From: Neoechinorhynchus agilis
Lineage: Eukaryota > Animalia > Acanthocephala
Direction: 5' to 3'
DNA length: 64,000 nucleotides
Assembly: GCA_051530055.1 (NCBI GenBank)
Contig: CM121342.1
Span: 10,245,480 to 10,309,479 of the forward strand
In this document: in pieces, positions 24,032 through 36,000 of the stretch
Layout of the letters: every line of letters begins with the position of its first letter
How positions within the stretch are numbered: the stretch's first letter is position 1
Translations under genes and position numbers: made by a program
The notes under the pieces: generated by a model
Databases searched by the model: none
The model's input: only the letters and a program-made list of their open reading frames with translations
Told to the model about the DNA's origin: nothing

Positions 24032-27000
24032 ATGTCATTTGGAGCGATGCTCGAAGAGGTAAAAAGAGCTCTTTGCCTTCATGTAACGGGCGTAAGTGCG
24101 GGTGAAGATTCACAAATCCGTGAAGCGTTCGTAAAAGTCTTCTACGAGGACATTGTCGATTCTCTGTTCGAAAAGTACACATCAAAGTCTTCGTTGTCCG
24201 AGCGAACGATTGAGAATGGAATCGCGAATAAAGAAATCGGACAATTGATTGTAAGAAGCATTGATTTAATTGTATGGGCACAATGCTATGTTTGGGAACG
24301 CGATGGTTTTTCTTTACCTGACTTGATAAAATCTTGGATTGATAGGGAACTCGAATGGAGAAATGTAGTCTCCGGTGTAGTTGAGAACAATTCCAACAGT
24401 TTTAGTTATGAGGAATTCAAAAAGGCAGGATCAAGAGATTCGTTCAGTTTTGACGAATCGATGAAGTACTTAATCACCAGCGCATTGCCTTATGTTAATA
24501 ATGTGCCCCATCTTGGAAACATGATCGGTGCCATCCTAAGTGCCGATGTTTTTGCAAGGTATTGTCGAATGGTCGGCCGAGAAACTCTGTACATTTGTGG
24601 AACCGATGAATATGGCACTACGACAGAGGTCAAGGCAAGGTCTGAGAAGAAAACTTGTCGGGAGATTTGCGATGAGTACCATGAAAAACATACAATTGCA
24701 AAAAGACATTCTTTAGGTTTGGGGAATTTTTTAAATTAACCCTTTTTTTGCCTGATTTTAATCGAAAAAATGAAATTTTCACCTGTTGAAAAAAATTCTC
24801 AATCTAATCGGTACTTTGTAGAATAATTGCATCTTAATCAAACGCTATCAGTGAAGTGTCGTATTTTTATTCATTTTGTCATGCGATGTAAAAATTAAAG
24901 AATGGGTGCTTTTAACGTCTAAGCTCTATTAAAGAGCGCAAAGTTGAATTCGCTGTAGTAGACAATAAAAATAACAATCTGAATTCAATTTGCGAAGGTT
25001 CGTTTTCACATCTTTTGTCAAAATTAGGAAACCAAAACTCACATTTTAAAAAATAAGCTTCTTTCAATTTCTTCGCGAGTTTTAGACGAAATGAGAAGTA
25101 CACTTTTTCGGATGTGCTTTATACACTTTCAATTTCAGTCTAAATCCATGGTGGGAACTACTAGCTTAAGGGTGATACCATAGTAAGCAAAGCTTAAAAA
25201 TTAGCTCATGTCTAAAAGCATTTAAAATACCTAAATTAGTCGTTTTTTCACCTTTGACCTTAGCGCGATGCATTCATTTGAAGCGCAATGGACCGATTAA
25301 GCAAAAAAAATCAAAAATTCCGATTCAATTTTACGTATTGGTCGAATTATCATAGTCGAAGTTCTCAATCGAGTCTTTTTCCTCACGAATTCAGCCAAAA
25401 CATCTCTCGTTCATTCTTGTAATGAAAATTACTAAAATAAGGTATTGATTTGATATAACGATTTACTTTCAAAGAAATAACGTCTTCCGAAATTCTTTAA
25501 GAAACTTCTAATGAGCCAGCTCCATATAACTGATTTTGTGCCTCTATCAAGGTTGCTAGTAGGTTTTCTATGACACAAGACGCGAGCTTCCTAGTAAATT
25601 AATTTTCCTGAATAAAAAGATATTGCTGATCAAAGTTTTGCTTTAAAGCAAACAAAATATCCCTTTAAAAGTGGTCAACCATCTCATTAAAATCTTATTT
25701 GAATGCCTTAATTTGCATGTAAAACCATCTACGACTGGTTTAGAATAAGTTTTAATTATTTTGGACGAACGAGTACAAAGTATCAAACACAAATTGCTCA
25801 AAACATATTTAATGATCTCCAACAAAATGGTTATATTTTAAGCGACAAAGTAAATCAACCATTTTGCACTCGATGCCTAGTGTTTTTGTCTGATCGATAT
25901 ATAGAAGGTGTTTGTCCGATCTGTAAATCAGAAGGAGCTCGTGGTGATCAATGTGACCACTGTGGCCGTTTGATTAATGCGGTAGACCTGGTTGATCCCC
26001 GGTGTAAATTATGTGGACAAGGTCAGATTGAGATTCGCGATAGTACGCATTTATTTTTGGATTTAACAAAATTGGAAGACAAAGTAAAAAAGTGGTTCCA
26101 ACAAAGAGTTCAAAAATGTCTTTGGACCAGTACGTCCCAAGCTGTTACATCTTCATGGCTTAAAGAAGGATTGAAACCGAGGTGCATTACTCGTGATATT
26201 ACATGGGGTACGCCGGTCCCTTTAAAAGAATTTGAGAAGAAGGTTTTCTATGTATGGTTCGATGCTCCTATTGGATAATGGGCAATTTTGTGAGCAAAAT
26301 TACGGTTTGCTTCCTTTTATACGCCTTAATTTTTAGAAAACAAATTATTTTCTTCACTCAAGTATTCCATTCAATCCTTTCTCATTTTGACTTTCCGTTT
26401 CTCTCCTTTAACAATGACACAAAACTGCTTAGTACATTTCAATCACTGCCAATTATCTAGAAAGTACACGTCAACACTGGAAAGATTGGTGGATGAATGA
26501 CAAGGTTCAAATGTATCAGTTCATGGCAAAGGACAACGTTCCGTTCCACAGCATTGTATTTCCGTGTAGTCTTCTCGGTACAGGCAAACCTTACAATACA
26601 GTCAATCACCTGATAGCAATCGACTATTTAATGTACGAAGGCAAGAAGTTTTCAAAAAGTAACGAAGTGGGCATTTTTGCTGACCAGGCAGCGTCAACGG
26701 GGATTCCATGCGATGTGTGGAGATATTATTTACTGGCCAATAGACCAGAGACACAGGATAGTAACTTTTCCTGGGATGATCTAATGTTACGGAACAATGG
26801 TGAACTTCTAAACAACGTTGGAAACTTTTTTAATCGATCGCTTTCATTCTGTCATCGGTATTATGGAGGCGTTGTACCTGCCTGGTCAGGCGAAGGCGAT
26901 CAAGCATTTGAACGCGAACTGTTGATGAAAGTTAATGCAGAAGCAGGAAAATACATCGATGAGATGGAAAATGTTCGACTTAGAGAAGCTCTAAGAACTG

Positions 27001-27910
27001 TTATGAATATTTCTAAATTAGGTAACCAATACCTTCAACAGCGTCAATGTGTCGATTTAGAGCAAAAAATATCCAAAGATTAAACGAATTTTCATTATTT
27101 TTAATTCTATCCAATTGTTCCTTCGAGTGGATGTGTATTCTCACTAACGAATTGTTACACACTCGAGTTTTATTAAAGTCAACATTGTGAATTTTCAAGG
27201 CCTCAGCCTCCTTCTCAAGCATCTAAAAATGGATGCGGTATGAGTACTTAAGTTGGTAACCTTGACTCGGGTGCGTGGGACCATCGATTCCCGAGGTGAT
27301 GTTTCACCCAATATTGATTGAACAGATTTTATCAGGTATTGAAAAGTCTGATCCGACCAAATGGGATTGCAAACTTAAGAAATCAATGTCAAATAAAAGT
27401 AAAATTCTATCTTTTATCGAACATCCATGAAATTCTATATAAAATTATCACCGTGTGATTTTCTGCGTAGATTTAGGCCTGACGTTTGAGACAATCTTCT
27501 AAAGCTAAATTGACACTAATAAGCCATGGGATTTGATCAAAGAGTCCAAAACTAAGTCGATGGCAGACATAACGGTAGTAGTGAGTATAAACGTGGCAGC
27601 GACGATTTGCTTTCTCCTGGCACCGTTTCTTCCTAACGTAACGGATGAAATGGCCCGACAATTGAATCTTCCACTTTCTGGAGCAACACAAAACCCTCAT
27701 CGATTCGCACTAATAGACTTAAAACGACCATTTCAACGACACATTGGAGACAACCACAAGATTGGAGCACCGAAACCGATCTTTAACCGAATAGACAAGA
27801 CTCTTGTAGATCGATTACGGCAGCAGTTTTCTGGTCGACCGCAAAATGAAGTCAAAAGTAAAAAAGCGAAACGTATAGCTGCTAAAACATCGATCAGTCT
27901 TAAGAAATAA
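24032..27910 (+). CDS. MARS1: Cytosolic methionyl-tRNA synthetase, 4 coding segments (about 24032-24691, 25721-26275, 26433-27044, 27521-27910), 738 aa when joined
   Basis: [17 protein letters not shown] (HIGH), GTDEYGT, zinc knuckle CPIC...[47 protein letters not shown] (KMSKS); removing 1029+157+476 nt leaves 2217 nt with no internal stop. Confidence 0.95.
24691..25721 (+). other. Non-GT-AG intervening sequence 1 in MARS1 (1029 nt, TA...TA, imperfect terminal inverted repeats)
   Basis: aaacaTA-caattgcaaaaagacattc...gaatgccttaatttgcatg-TAaaacc; removal gives YHEKH-KTIYDWF; in-frame TAA four codons upstream of KTIY with no AG after it. Confidence 0.85.
26276..26434 (+). other. Non-GT-AG intervening sequence 2 in MARS1 (157 nt, TA...TA, inverted ends)
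   Basis: ggaTA-atgggcaattttgtg...cacaaaactgcttag-TAcatt; removal gives [14 protein letters not shown]. Confidence 0.85.
27044..27521 (+). other. Intervening sequence 3 in MARS1 (476 nt, TC...TA, 11/12-nt inverted ends)
   Basis: cgTC-aat-gtgtcgatttag...ctaaattgacac-taa-TAagcca; removal gives YLQQR(K/Q)PW. A weak GTCGAT...TAAG canonical alternative also keeps the frame. Confidence 0.65.
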
Positions 27911-27938
27911 TTGTTTCTAGATTCTGTATGAGTCTGTG

Positions 27939-28262
27939 TCAACTATGATGTTCATCCTCGGATCCGCGAAATCTCTTTTTTATCTGCTGTATGCAAATAC
28001 ATACTCCAGTTAAGCATAGACCAACACCGATTCCATTTGTCCAATAGCTCAGAAAAGCTATATGCTTTGGCAAATAACCTCTTTTAGGATCATAGAGGTG
28101 ACATAAATTACGGATAAATGGATCTTTAAGACCTTGTTGAGCCAACCGCTTTTGATACTTTTCTAACTCTGGAATACCTTCAACCTTTTCAAGACGCCAA
28201 TCTCTAAGCTTGAATTCATGCCCGCCTGAAGACAGATTCCTCGAACATGATCTTTGAGTCAT
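27939..28262 (-). CDS. NDUFB3: Complex I subunit NDUFB3 (B12)
   Basis: DWRLEKVEGIPELEKYQKRLAQQGLKDPFIRN followed by a Gly-rich TM segment; ATG at 28262 preferred to the upstream ORF start. Confidence 0.85.
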   Translation of the reverse strand: MTQRSCSRNLSSGGHEFKLRDWRLEKVEGIPELEKYQKRLAQQGLKDPFIRNLCHLYDPKRGYLPKHIAFLSYWTNGIGVGLCLTGVCICIQQIKKRFRGSEDEHHS

Positions 28263-28479
28263 CTTTAAACGAGAGTTTAAAATGCGCGAATTTTGTTTTG
28301 AAAAGTGACGATTTCGTTTTCTATTCACGGAAATTGCTTTCTAAACTTTCTATTTTTAAATGCCATCAATATACAATATTGATTCTCTTTCACACAAACA
28401 GAGTTCAAGTAATATTTCATAGTTCGGCCGTGGAATCATCGAATAATCAAAACGAGAGCTTTTAAGCAAAGTACGGTTT

Positions 28480-29590
28480 TAAGTATCGGGATATATCCAT
28501 AAACAAGAAAGCAGTAAAATAAAACGAAGAAGAGTTTAGTTCATCTAATTTCGAATCCAAAAATTATTTGTTTTTGTTCAATTCTCATTATTATTACAAA
28601 ACGCCACATATACACAGTTAACACTTAATAAACATCATATTCTCGAGTTTTTCCCGTCTTACGGTTTCTTAAAAAATTGTTTGAAAGTAGAGATAGAAAG
28701 CTCAAGAATAAAGATTTTTCGTTTTCTTCATCATTATAATAACCCGCCCAAGTGTCCATTTGAAATAAAACTTGGTCAATAATGCGGCTAGAAAATCAGG
28801 TAGTATTTCACAAGAATTAATTAATAATCATCAGTTATTCTTTAAGGATACAATAAGCCTTGTAGTTAGCTGACCCAGGAGGAAGGAGTGAACTGAGTGT
28901 TGAACCGATCTCAAATCTCCTAGTATATTCCTGCAGTATTGTAAAGAAATTAATCATTATTGTTTCAATTTCAATTAGCGATATTCACTCAGAAATAGAT
29001 TTATATTGAAAATTTTCGGCCTTTTCGTTGGCCTTCTTCAGTCAGATCTAGAACTTAAAAAGGAACGTTATCAATTAGTTTATCCGGTGGGACTCGTAGA
29101 TTGAGTTTATAGCCAGCTTTGTTGCGACTATAAACTCAATCTACGAGTCCCACCGGATAAACTAATTGATAATGTTTCTTTTAAATTGTAGATCTGACTG
29201 AAGAAGGTCAATGAAAAGGCCGAAAATTTTCAATATAAATCTATTTCTGAGTGAATATCGCTAATTCCTGCAGTATTGTAAGTTTAAAAAGTGAACCTGC
29301 GCAAGATTGCTTGTAGAACAAAAGAAATGGATAAACTACGCAAAGAAATTTTGAAAACTTCTTTAAATAACATGGATTGAACGGTGGGCGTTGATACTCC
29401 GAGTATTTAGCAGAACAATGTAATGGTTTTGAAATTGAAGTGCGATTCTAGTTTTAAATTAAGTAGCTTTTAAGAATCCATTGATCAATAAACAAGAAAG
29501 CAGCAAAAAAACGAAGAAGAGTTTAATTCATCTAATTTCGCAACTAAAAAATTATTTGTTTCTGTTCAATATTTGTTAAGCAAGCGAAAT
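28480..29590 (+). repeat. ~95-bp dispersed direct repeat at ~28495-28585 and ~29485-29575
   Basis: aaacaagaaagcag(t/c)aaaa...acgaagaagagttta(g/a)ttcatctaatttcg...aaaaattatttgttt(t/c)tgttcaat occurs twice. Confidence 0.8.
28945..29263. mobile_element. Penelope-derived foldback element (family A), hammerhead-like core on each arm, ~16-18-nt target duplication
   Basis: Arms 28973-29110 and 29128-29266 are near-perfect inverted repeats homologous to 9973-10150; attcctgcagtattgtaa at 28927-28944 and 29264-29281. Confidence 0.88.
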
Positions 29591-30244
29591 GGGCAAATTG
29601 CACCAAGAAATTTTAAATAAACGCATTTATTTCGAAATTGAAGAGACAATTATTGAATCCAATAATTTAAATTAATTCATAAAATCTGCTCTAATTGAAT
29701 TTAAAAGTACAAAATGCGGAAATTGATTTTTTTATTATTGGGCTGATAATCTAATAAATATTCGCTTGCTTTATTGTGATTGGTACAAAACAAACATAAA
29801 AACGTGTAATGTTTTTCGAAGTAAAATTCCAGGAAGTTTAAGACATTCTCGAGATCCGAAAATGTAAAATACAATCAAAAATATTGAATTCTTTCGAAAA
29901 GAATACTAAATCGATTATCTCCTTGCAATCAAAAGTTTTGATTTGCTCAAAGCACTGCTAGTTCGTCCAAATTCAGAATGCAGCAAAAATAACCAAATAT
30001 TTTGTCATCAATTTAACTTGATTTACCGCCAAATATAAATCGCCTTCAAAAGATATTTGAGACAAAGAATGTCGTTCGTCCGAATTAATCGGGATCGGAC
30101 ATTATTCGGATAAGAGATTTTTTCGGATAACCGAAATCGCAATATGATGTATCCAGTTTTTAAAGCTGGACTACAGATATCAAAGTTCTTAACATGCGGG
30201 GTGGGGAGTGGTTGAGAAATAAGCAAAATTGGTATTAGCTTTAT

Positions 30245-32260
30245 TGTTAAAAATAATCACTTATTTGATTTCTGTATCCCATTGCACACCTTTGTTTTTT
30301 TCGCTGCAAGGTCTCTTATCCTCTTCTAGCAACAGTGGTTGAGTAGAAAAAATCCGACTTTTTGACATTTCGGATAATCGACGAACGAAGTCCTGCAACA
30401 TTTCAAGAAATTACCTTGGAATTCGTCCCCTCGATCCCAAACTGAGCTCTTCGCTACATCGTTTGCTCGATGAAAATTTTATAAAGGCATTTGACGAGCG
30501 GGGGAAAATCAACTGTGCAAATTTCAGAGGCTATTCTATGAAACTTTTCAAGGTGGCGGATATGTGATTGGGAAAGGTTGAAAAAGACGGGATAATCGTA
30601 GTTGACGAAAGGCAAAATAAAGCTAAAGTAAAATTTAAAGAGAAAGGGATTCTTAAATGTCAGGGGCGTTTGAGGAGATAAATTCTAAAGGGAGGTGTAG
30701 GTCCCATTTGAAATCTGATTAAAACTAAATACCCAGAATTCTGAAGGAGGCGACTCGTCGGATGTCATTTAGAAGCTCAGGGGATGATGTGCGGTTGCGG
30801 AATGCAGAACTAAAGAGAACGACATCGATCGAATCAATCTCTGCGGTATTGCTCTCGATTACTGTGTCGGTTAGTCGAAATTTAAGTATTTGAAAGTAGA
30901 TTTTAGCTAAAAATCGCCCACTCCTTAGCAGTGTGTCTTCATGTTCGTCGAAAAGCCATTAATACTGTTACCTTTGCTGGACTTATTGGCAGGGAAGATT
31001 TTCACCAGACTGGACTGGAACTAAAGACGTATTTGTATAAGATTTTCAGTACACTTCTAAAGTTACCTCATGAGCCGATTCTTTATCATGGTGGAGTTTG
31101 TGATTGGTGCAATCTTCGATGTGGATAATTTCGTTAAATGTTAACGAGAGGGAGAGATGGGAGCGAGAATGAGTGATGATTATGAGATCATCGGCAAATA
31201 AGAAAAGTTTAGAGTGAGACGACAGGGGTTTTAGTTCGTTTAAAAAATATTAAAAAGAAGTGGTGACACGACGGCACCTTGAGGTATGCCGAAGTAACCC
31301 GGTAGTGAATGTACTGTTTGCGATTGTAAAGATAAGAATCGAGCCAGCGGATCTGCCACAAGTTGAGACCAAAATCGGAGCAGGCCCGGAGAAGGAAGGA
31401 ATGGTCCACTGAGTCGAACGCTTTAGATAAATCAAGTTGAATGAGACGGGTTACATGGGAGGGATTACTGTCGATGTTACGTAGAAGCGTGTCATAAATG
31501 CAAAGTAGGGCATCGGTTGCAGAAAATCTGAGCCGGAAGTCAAAATTGTAGGGGCGATAACTTTTCGTGAAGTGAAAGAAGACGAGATTTAAAATATTTT
31601 TCGATGATTTTTGAAAGGGCGGGTAGAATGGAAATTGGACGGAATGATTCGGCCGAAATAGGATGCCCTTTTTTGGAGCGAGTATAAGTTTGACAGTTTT
31701 CAGACAAGGGAGGTTGACAAAAGTGTCATGTGTGGGCGTGAAAAATTGTGTGGTGACTGATGTTGATCAGTGATTGTAAATTGTGTCAGGGCAGAGGTTC
31801 TCATTAATGGAATCTAAAACCTGTGTTAATTCAGTGGAGGACAAATTAGGGAAAGGATCCAGGTGGCGTAGACCAAGAGAGTCCTTGACGGCCCGCCACC
31901 ATGTTAAATTGCCATCTGATCGAATTTTGGAAGAAAGAAAGTTTTTGCGGGCAACAAGTATTTTGTTAGTAAGTGCTTTTTGTAAACGGGGAAAGTCTGG
32001 AGATTTATTGCGATGGACCTTAGATGCTTGATTTTGAAAGAGTTTCAGGATGGGAGTCTAGCATGCGAAGAAAGTGGTTTTAAAAAGCAAAACTAGGATA
32101 GAATTTTATAAAATTTTCTCTTATGTTGAAAATAATCACTTGTTTTTCTTTGTATCATTACAAACCTTTGTTTTTTCGCTGCAAAGTCTCTGATTCTCTT
32201 CTAACAAAAGTAGTTGAGCAGAATAACAATCTCGATTATCGACGTTTCAGATAAATGATG
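30245..32260 (-). mobile_element. L2/CR1-group LINE fragments between ~150-bp direct repeats (30245-30400 and 32125-32260)
   Basis: DLSKAFDSVDHSFLL...WLDSYL..RKQY remnant at 31200-31440; aaaataatcactt...cctttgttttttcgctgcaa(g/a)gtctc repeated on both sides. Confidence 0.75.
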
Positions 32261-33585
32261 TTCCACTGCATTTAACTATAAGAAAAAATTATATAAATTC
32301 CTTGACTCGGAAATACCGCTATAGGTTTAAGCTTCTAACATGTAAATTTGAGAAAAAATGATTTTTGTATATCAACATTTTATAAATAAATGATGGGTTT
32401 AAGATTTTTTTCCATTATTGTGAACAAAAATGCTACATTTCGATTCGTCAATGAGATGTGTCGCCTTTAAACGATTTTGTTTAGGAAATATCTCGAGTGT
32501 GCTTTAGCTCGTATCTAAGACGCATTTAAGAAGGTAATGAAAGACGATTAAAAAGATCACGACGAAGTTTAATTCTATTTGTACCTTACGAAATGAGGAA
32601 AAGATTCCTAGAATTCCCAAAACAGTCCTTTGACTTAAGCCAGAAAATCATGTTTGATCTCAGCTGAAAAATGCGAAAATTATTCGTTTTAGTAAATTAA
32701 AAGCGTGTTAAGGCACTCATTTTTCGTCGATTCGCGGTTCATATTTTTAAAGGTTACAGTTAGCTCTCTTTGATGGTATTTCTTATAAAAGTGGCATTCA
32801 GAATATTTTTCCAGAAACAATGCATTAAAGCTATACGTTTTCTGATTTGAGATCGTTTTAAAACAACACTGGTCGTTCGGCGAATGCAGTGTCCGGATTA
32901 ATGCGAGAATTGACGTTTCTGTATCTCAGCGTCCGAGAGGACACCACTTGAAATGCTAAAAGCCTTAAAGGATAAATCTCAAAATACAAACCTAGAGCAT
33001 AATCCTCACGACCCCGCCGGATCATTGCATATATCGGGTCCATGGTGTCGAATTCTACGACGCGTCAATACGCGATGGCGCCGTTTAAGTTACCACACGG
33101 GCTCTCGTCTGCCCTTTCGTATTTGTTTACCCTTTTATAAAGGAAACCGTTGGCCTTTGTCGATTACAATACTTCAACAAAGAGGACAAATGGAACCGAT
33201 TGCAGGGAGGCGGATTTACGATGTAGTCCATTGGGTCATCATGAACAATTTGGTAATCGATTCGGGGTTGTTATTTTCAACAATCGGATTTTACTTGGAA
33301 ACATGTTTTAGAATAAATCACCAGTAAAGCGATTAGCGATCGTTTTAAGTCCATAAATTCGGGAATTTCAACGTACATTTATCAGACTGAATCTTAGTTG
33401 GTTTGCGGATGTGCAGGAAACTGAGTAGGACCAATATTTTTGAATTTCGCGTCGTGTATTCCATGAAAACGTCGTGATATTGATTTTCTATGATCGCTTT
33501 GTGGAATTATAAGATAATTTTCTGAAACAGTTACGATTGCTTTCCTCAAATCTGATGATCTTTTGGTTTATTTCAATTTACAAAG

Positions 33586-34845
33586 GTTCTTGGATACGGA
33601 ACTTTTGGTGAAGTATCAAGAATAGTTTCTGTTCGTGATTCCAACGCAATGTTCGCATTGAAAACTCTAAACTTGGAGCAGTGTGTGGACCTTCGTTTCC
33701 TTTACATGGAATGCTACGCTCTTCAAATTCTAAAGCATCCTCACATCGTACGTTATTATGGATCTCATTGGGACTTGGTGAACAAAAGAGCCTACATTTT
33801 AACAGAATATTGTGCCCTCTCGGATTTGTTCTACCACATTGGACGGATATCCGGACCAACACGTTCATTGACGGTTATGGACCAAGTTACAAATGGACTG
33901 ATGCACATTCACAAAATGGGTTATGCTCATAGGGATCTTAAACCGGAAAACATATTCATGGACACAAGTGGAAACGTTAAGATTGGTGATTTTGGCTTTA
34001 TTTTCAAAGCGGTAGACAAAAAAGGTAGGAAGATACATACGACTTCGCCATGTGGGTCAGATTCGTATATGGCGCCTGAAGTATTCCACGGAGATCTTTA
34101 TCAGCCTCAAATGGCCGATATGTGGTCGCTGGGTGTTGTATGGATGGTCATTTACCTCGGTGATGGACTTTGGGAGAAACCAAGTGCTCAAGTACCTTTA
34201 TACCAACAATGGGTGAACAATTCAAAGAATACACCTTGGGATAATGTCGATAAATTGATTCTTCAGACTTTAAGGTCATTGATGAATATTGAACCTGAAA
34301 GGAGGCCAACTTCCTATCAGCTTCAAAAGAGAATTACGTTTTTGAAACAAAAGATTCTTGGACCTGGAGACGGGTATGAATGTACTCAAGTAAGTTCCCA
34401 GCAGGCCGAAATCGAAGAAAGTGAATTTGATGACTGGACACTGTCGAAATGGCACCGTACTTCGTTTTCTCAACCCGCAAGGCTAGCCGATTTATCATTT
34501 AGTCAACCTTGTTCCCAACCGCAACAACAACCAAATACAATCAACAAACGAATGTTCAGAATGACTCGTTTCTATGTGGACACTCCGCTGGTGAGATCTG
34601 CCTGTTCTTATATCCAGGAAGTTTTAGCACGATCGAAACTGGAATTCAAGCAGGAATCTGAAAGCGATTTTACAATTAAACAAGGAAATGTTCAACTTAG
34701 AATTGAAGTTGTGCAGCTCTGTAAGGAAGGATGTTCAAAATACTACTGTCTTGTGGATATAAGACGACTTAAAGGAGATGGATTCCATTTTCAAAAAATA
34801 TACAATCACATAAACATGTCAATTAATTCGGGATTTTGTCTCTAA
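33586..34845 (+). CDS. CHEK1: Checkpoint kinase 1; 5' exon unresolved, frame open upstream of the tracked ATG at 33649
   Basis: VLGYGTFGEV glycine loop, FALK, HRDLKPEN, DFG, APE; SQ cluster (SFSQP twice), KRMFRMTRF, C-terminal DIRRLKGDG (KA1 domain). Confidence 0.9.
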   Translation, partial: VLGYGTFGEVSRIVSVRDSNAMFALKTLNLEQCVDLRFLYMECYALQILKHPHIVRYYGSHWDLVNKRAYILTEYCALSDLFYHIGRISGPTRSLTVMDQVTNGLMHIHKMGYAHRDLKPENIFMDTSGNVKIGDFGFIFKAVDKKGRKIHTTSPCGSDSYMAPEVFHGDLYQPQMADMWSLGVVWMVIYLGDGLWEKPSAQVPLYQQWVNNSKNTPWDNVDKLILQTLRSLMNIEPERRPTSYQLQKRITFLKQKILGPGDGYECTQVSSQQAEIEESEFDDWTLSKWHRTSFSQPARLADLSFSQPCSQPQQQPNTINKRMFRMTRFYVDTPLVRSACSYIQEVLARSKLEFKQESESDFTIKQGNVQLRIEVVQLCKEGCSKYYCLVDIRRLKGDGFHFQKIYNHINMSINSGFCL

Positions 34846-34896
34846 CTAATTAATTGCACTGAGATAAAGTCGACATTCGAAAAAAGTTTTACAGAC

Positions 34897-35310
34897 ATGT
34901 ACATCCCAGTTGCCGATATGAGTGTTTTTGAAGGTAAGGGAGATACCCAACATTGTCAAAAGGCGGATGGAGAGTGGAATTCTGATGTCTGGTTGGATAT
35001 TGAGTTATTCGTAGATCCACCTCTGCCTGATCCAGAATGCCCCGAAGCCGCAGCTCGTGGATTCAAGCGTCCCAGTGAATTGAATAACCAAAGTCACCCC
35101 GCAGATCTTCACTTTGTTACTAATACAGGCAACGATTTGGATCAGAATGATGACATTAGAGCTCCGAGAGCTATCTACGATCGAGGAGTAAAAGAAGTGG
35201 TCGAAAGTCGTAAGAAAGCTAAGCCAGTGGAAAATAGAAAAGTGAAGAACGTGACGGCTAACGGTAGAGTGAATAAACCAAAAAGACGTACCGTAAAGAA
35301 AAAGAAATGA
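34897..35310 (+). CDS. Unknown 137-aa protein with basic NLS-like C-terminus
   Basis: Uninterrupted ORF with ttttacag 2 nt before the ATG, 51 nt after the CHEK1 stop; acidic/Pro N-half and Lys/Arg tail. Confidence 0.55.
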   Translation: MYIPVADMSVFEGKGDTQHCQKADGEWNSDVWLDIELFVDPPLPDPECPEAAARGFKRPSELNNQSHPADLHFVTNTGNDLDQNDDIRAPRAIYDRGVKEVVESRKKAKPVENRKVKNVTANGRVNKPKRRTVKKKK

Positions 35311-35475
35311 TTTATATGTAGAGGTGTGGGATTTTTAGTGAACAAATAACGAAATCGAGCATTAGACCATTTCGTAAAAGTTGCACAGTACCTTTCATAT
35401 TTTCGCGATAGATCAACGGCAGTTATCGCGATCTTAAAATGTTGGTATTGTTGTTGCACATTTAACCGTATACAT

Positions 35476-36000
35476 TAAAATGTGCGTTTTTTCACTCGCG
35501 AATAAATACATTATGCACGAACGGATACGTACATTCAATTGTATACGAAAAAATGTGCGTTTTTTCACTCGCGAATAAACACATTATGCACGAACGGATA
35601 CGTACATTCAATTGTATACGAAAAAATGTGCCTCTTCACTCGCGTTTGAAAAAGTATGCACAAACGAATACGTGCATTCGATTGTATGCGCAAAAATGTT
35701 CCTCTTTTCACTCGCGTTTGAAAAAGTATGCACAAACGAATACATACAATCGTTTGTATGCGCAAAAATGCGCCTCTTTTCAGTCGCGTTTTAAAAAATA
35801 CTCACGAACGAATACGTGGATTTGTTTGTATGCGCAAAAATGTTCCTCTTTTCACTCGCGTCTTAAAAAGTATACACGAACCAATACATATTTTCGTTTG
35901 CGACCGCAGAAATGTTTGTTTTCGCACTGTCGCTTTAAAAAGTATGCACGAACAAATACATGGTTTTGTTTGTATGCGTCCATGTGTTCCTTTTCGGACT
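35476..36000. repeat. ~72-bp minisatellite, ~7 degenerate copies
   Basis: aaaaatgt..ctcttttcactcgcgtttgaaaaagtatgcacaaacgaatac.t.....gtttgtatgcgc units; the first two are identical 74-bp copies. Confidence 0.9.

Noticed and set aside
24032-27910. MARS1 as a pseudogene killed by recent MITE insertions
   Set aside because: All catalytic motifs are intact with no stops in 2.2 kb, while the insert ends are old and degenerate. This is disfavoured but not excluded without expression data.
32850-33330. Coding gene upstream of CHEK1 (ORFs 32953-33327 plus strand, 32858-33043 minus strand)
   Set aside because: No recognisable motif and no consistent exon structure on either strand.
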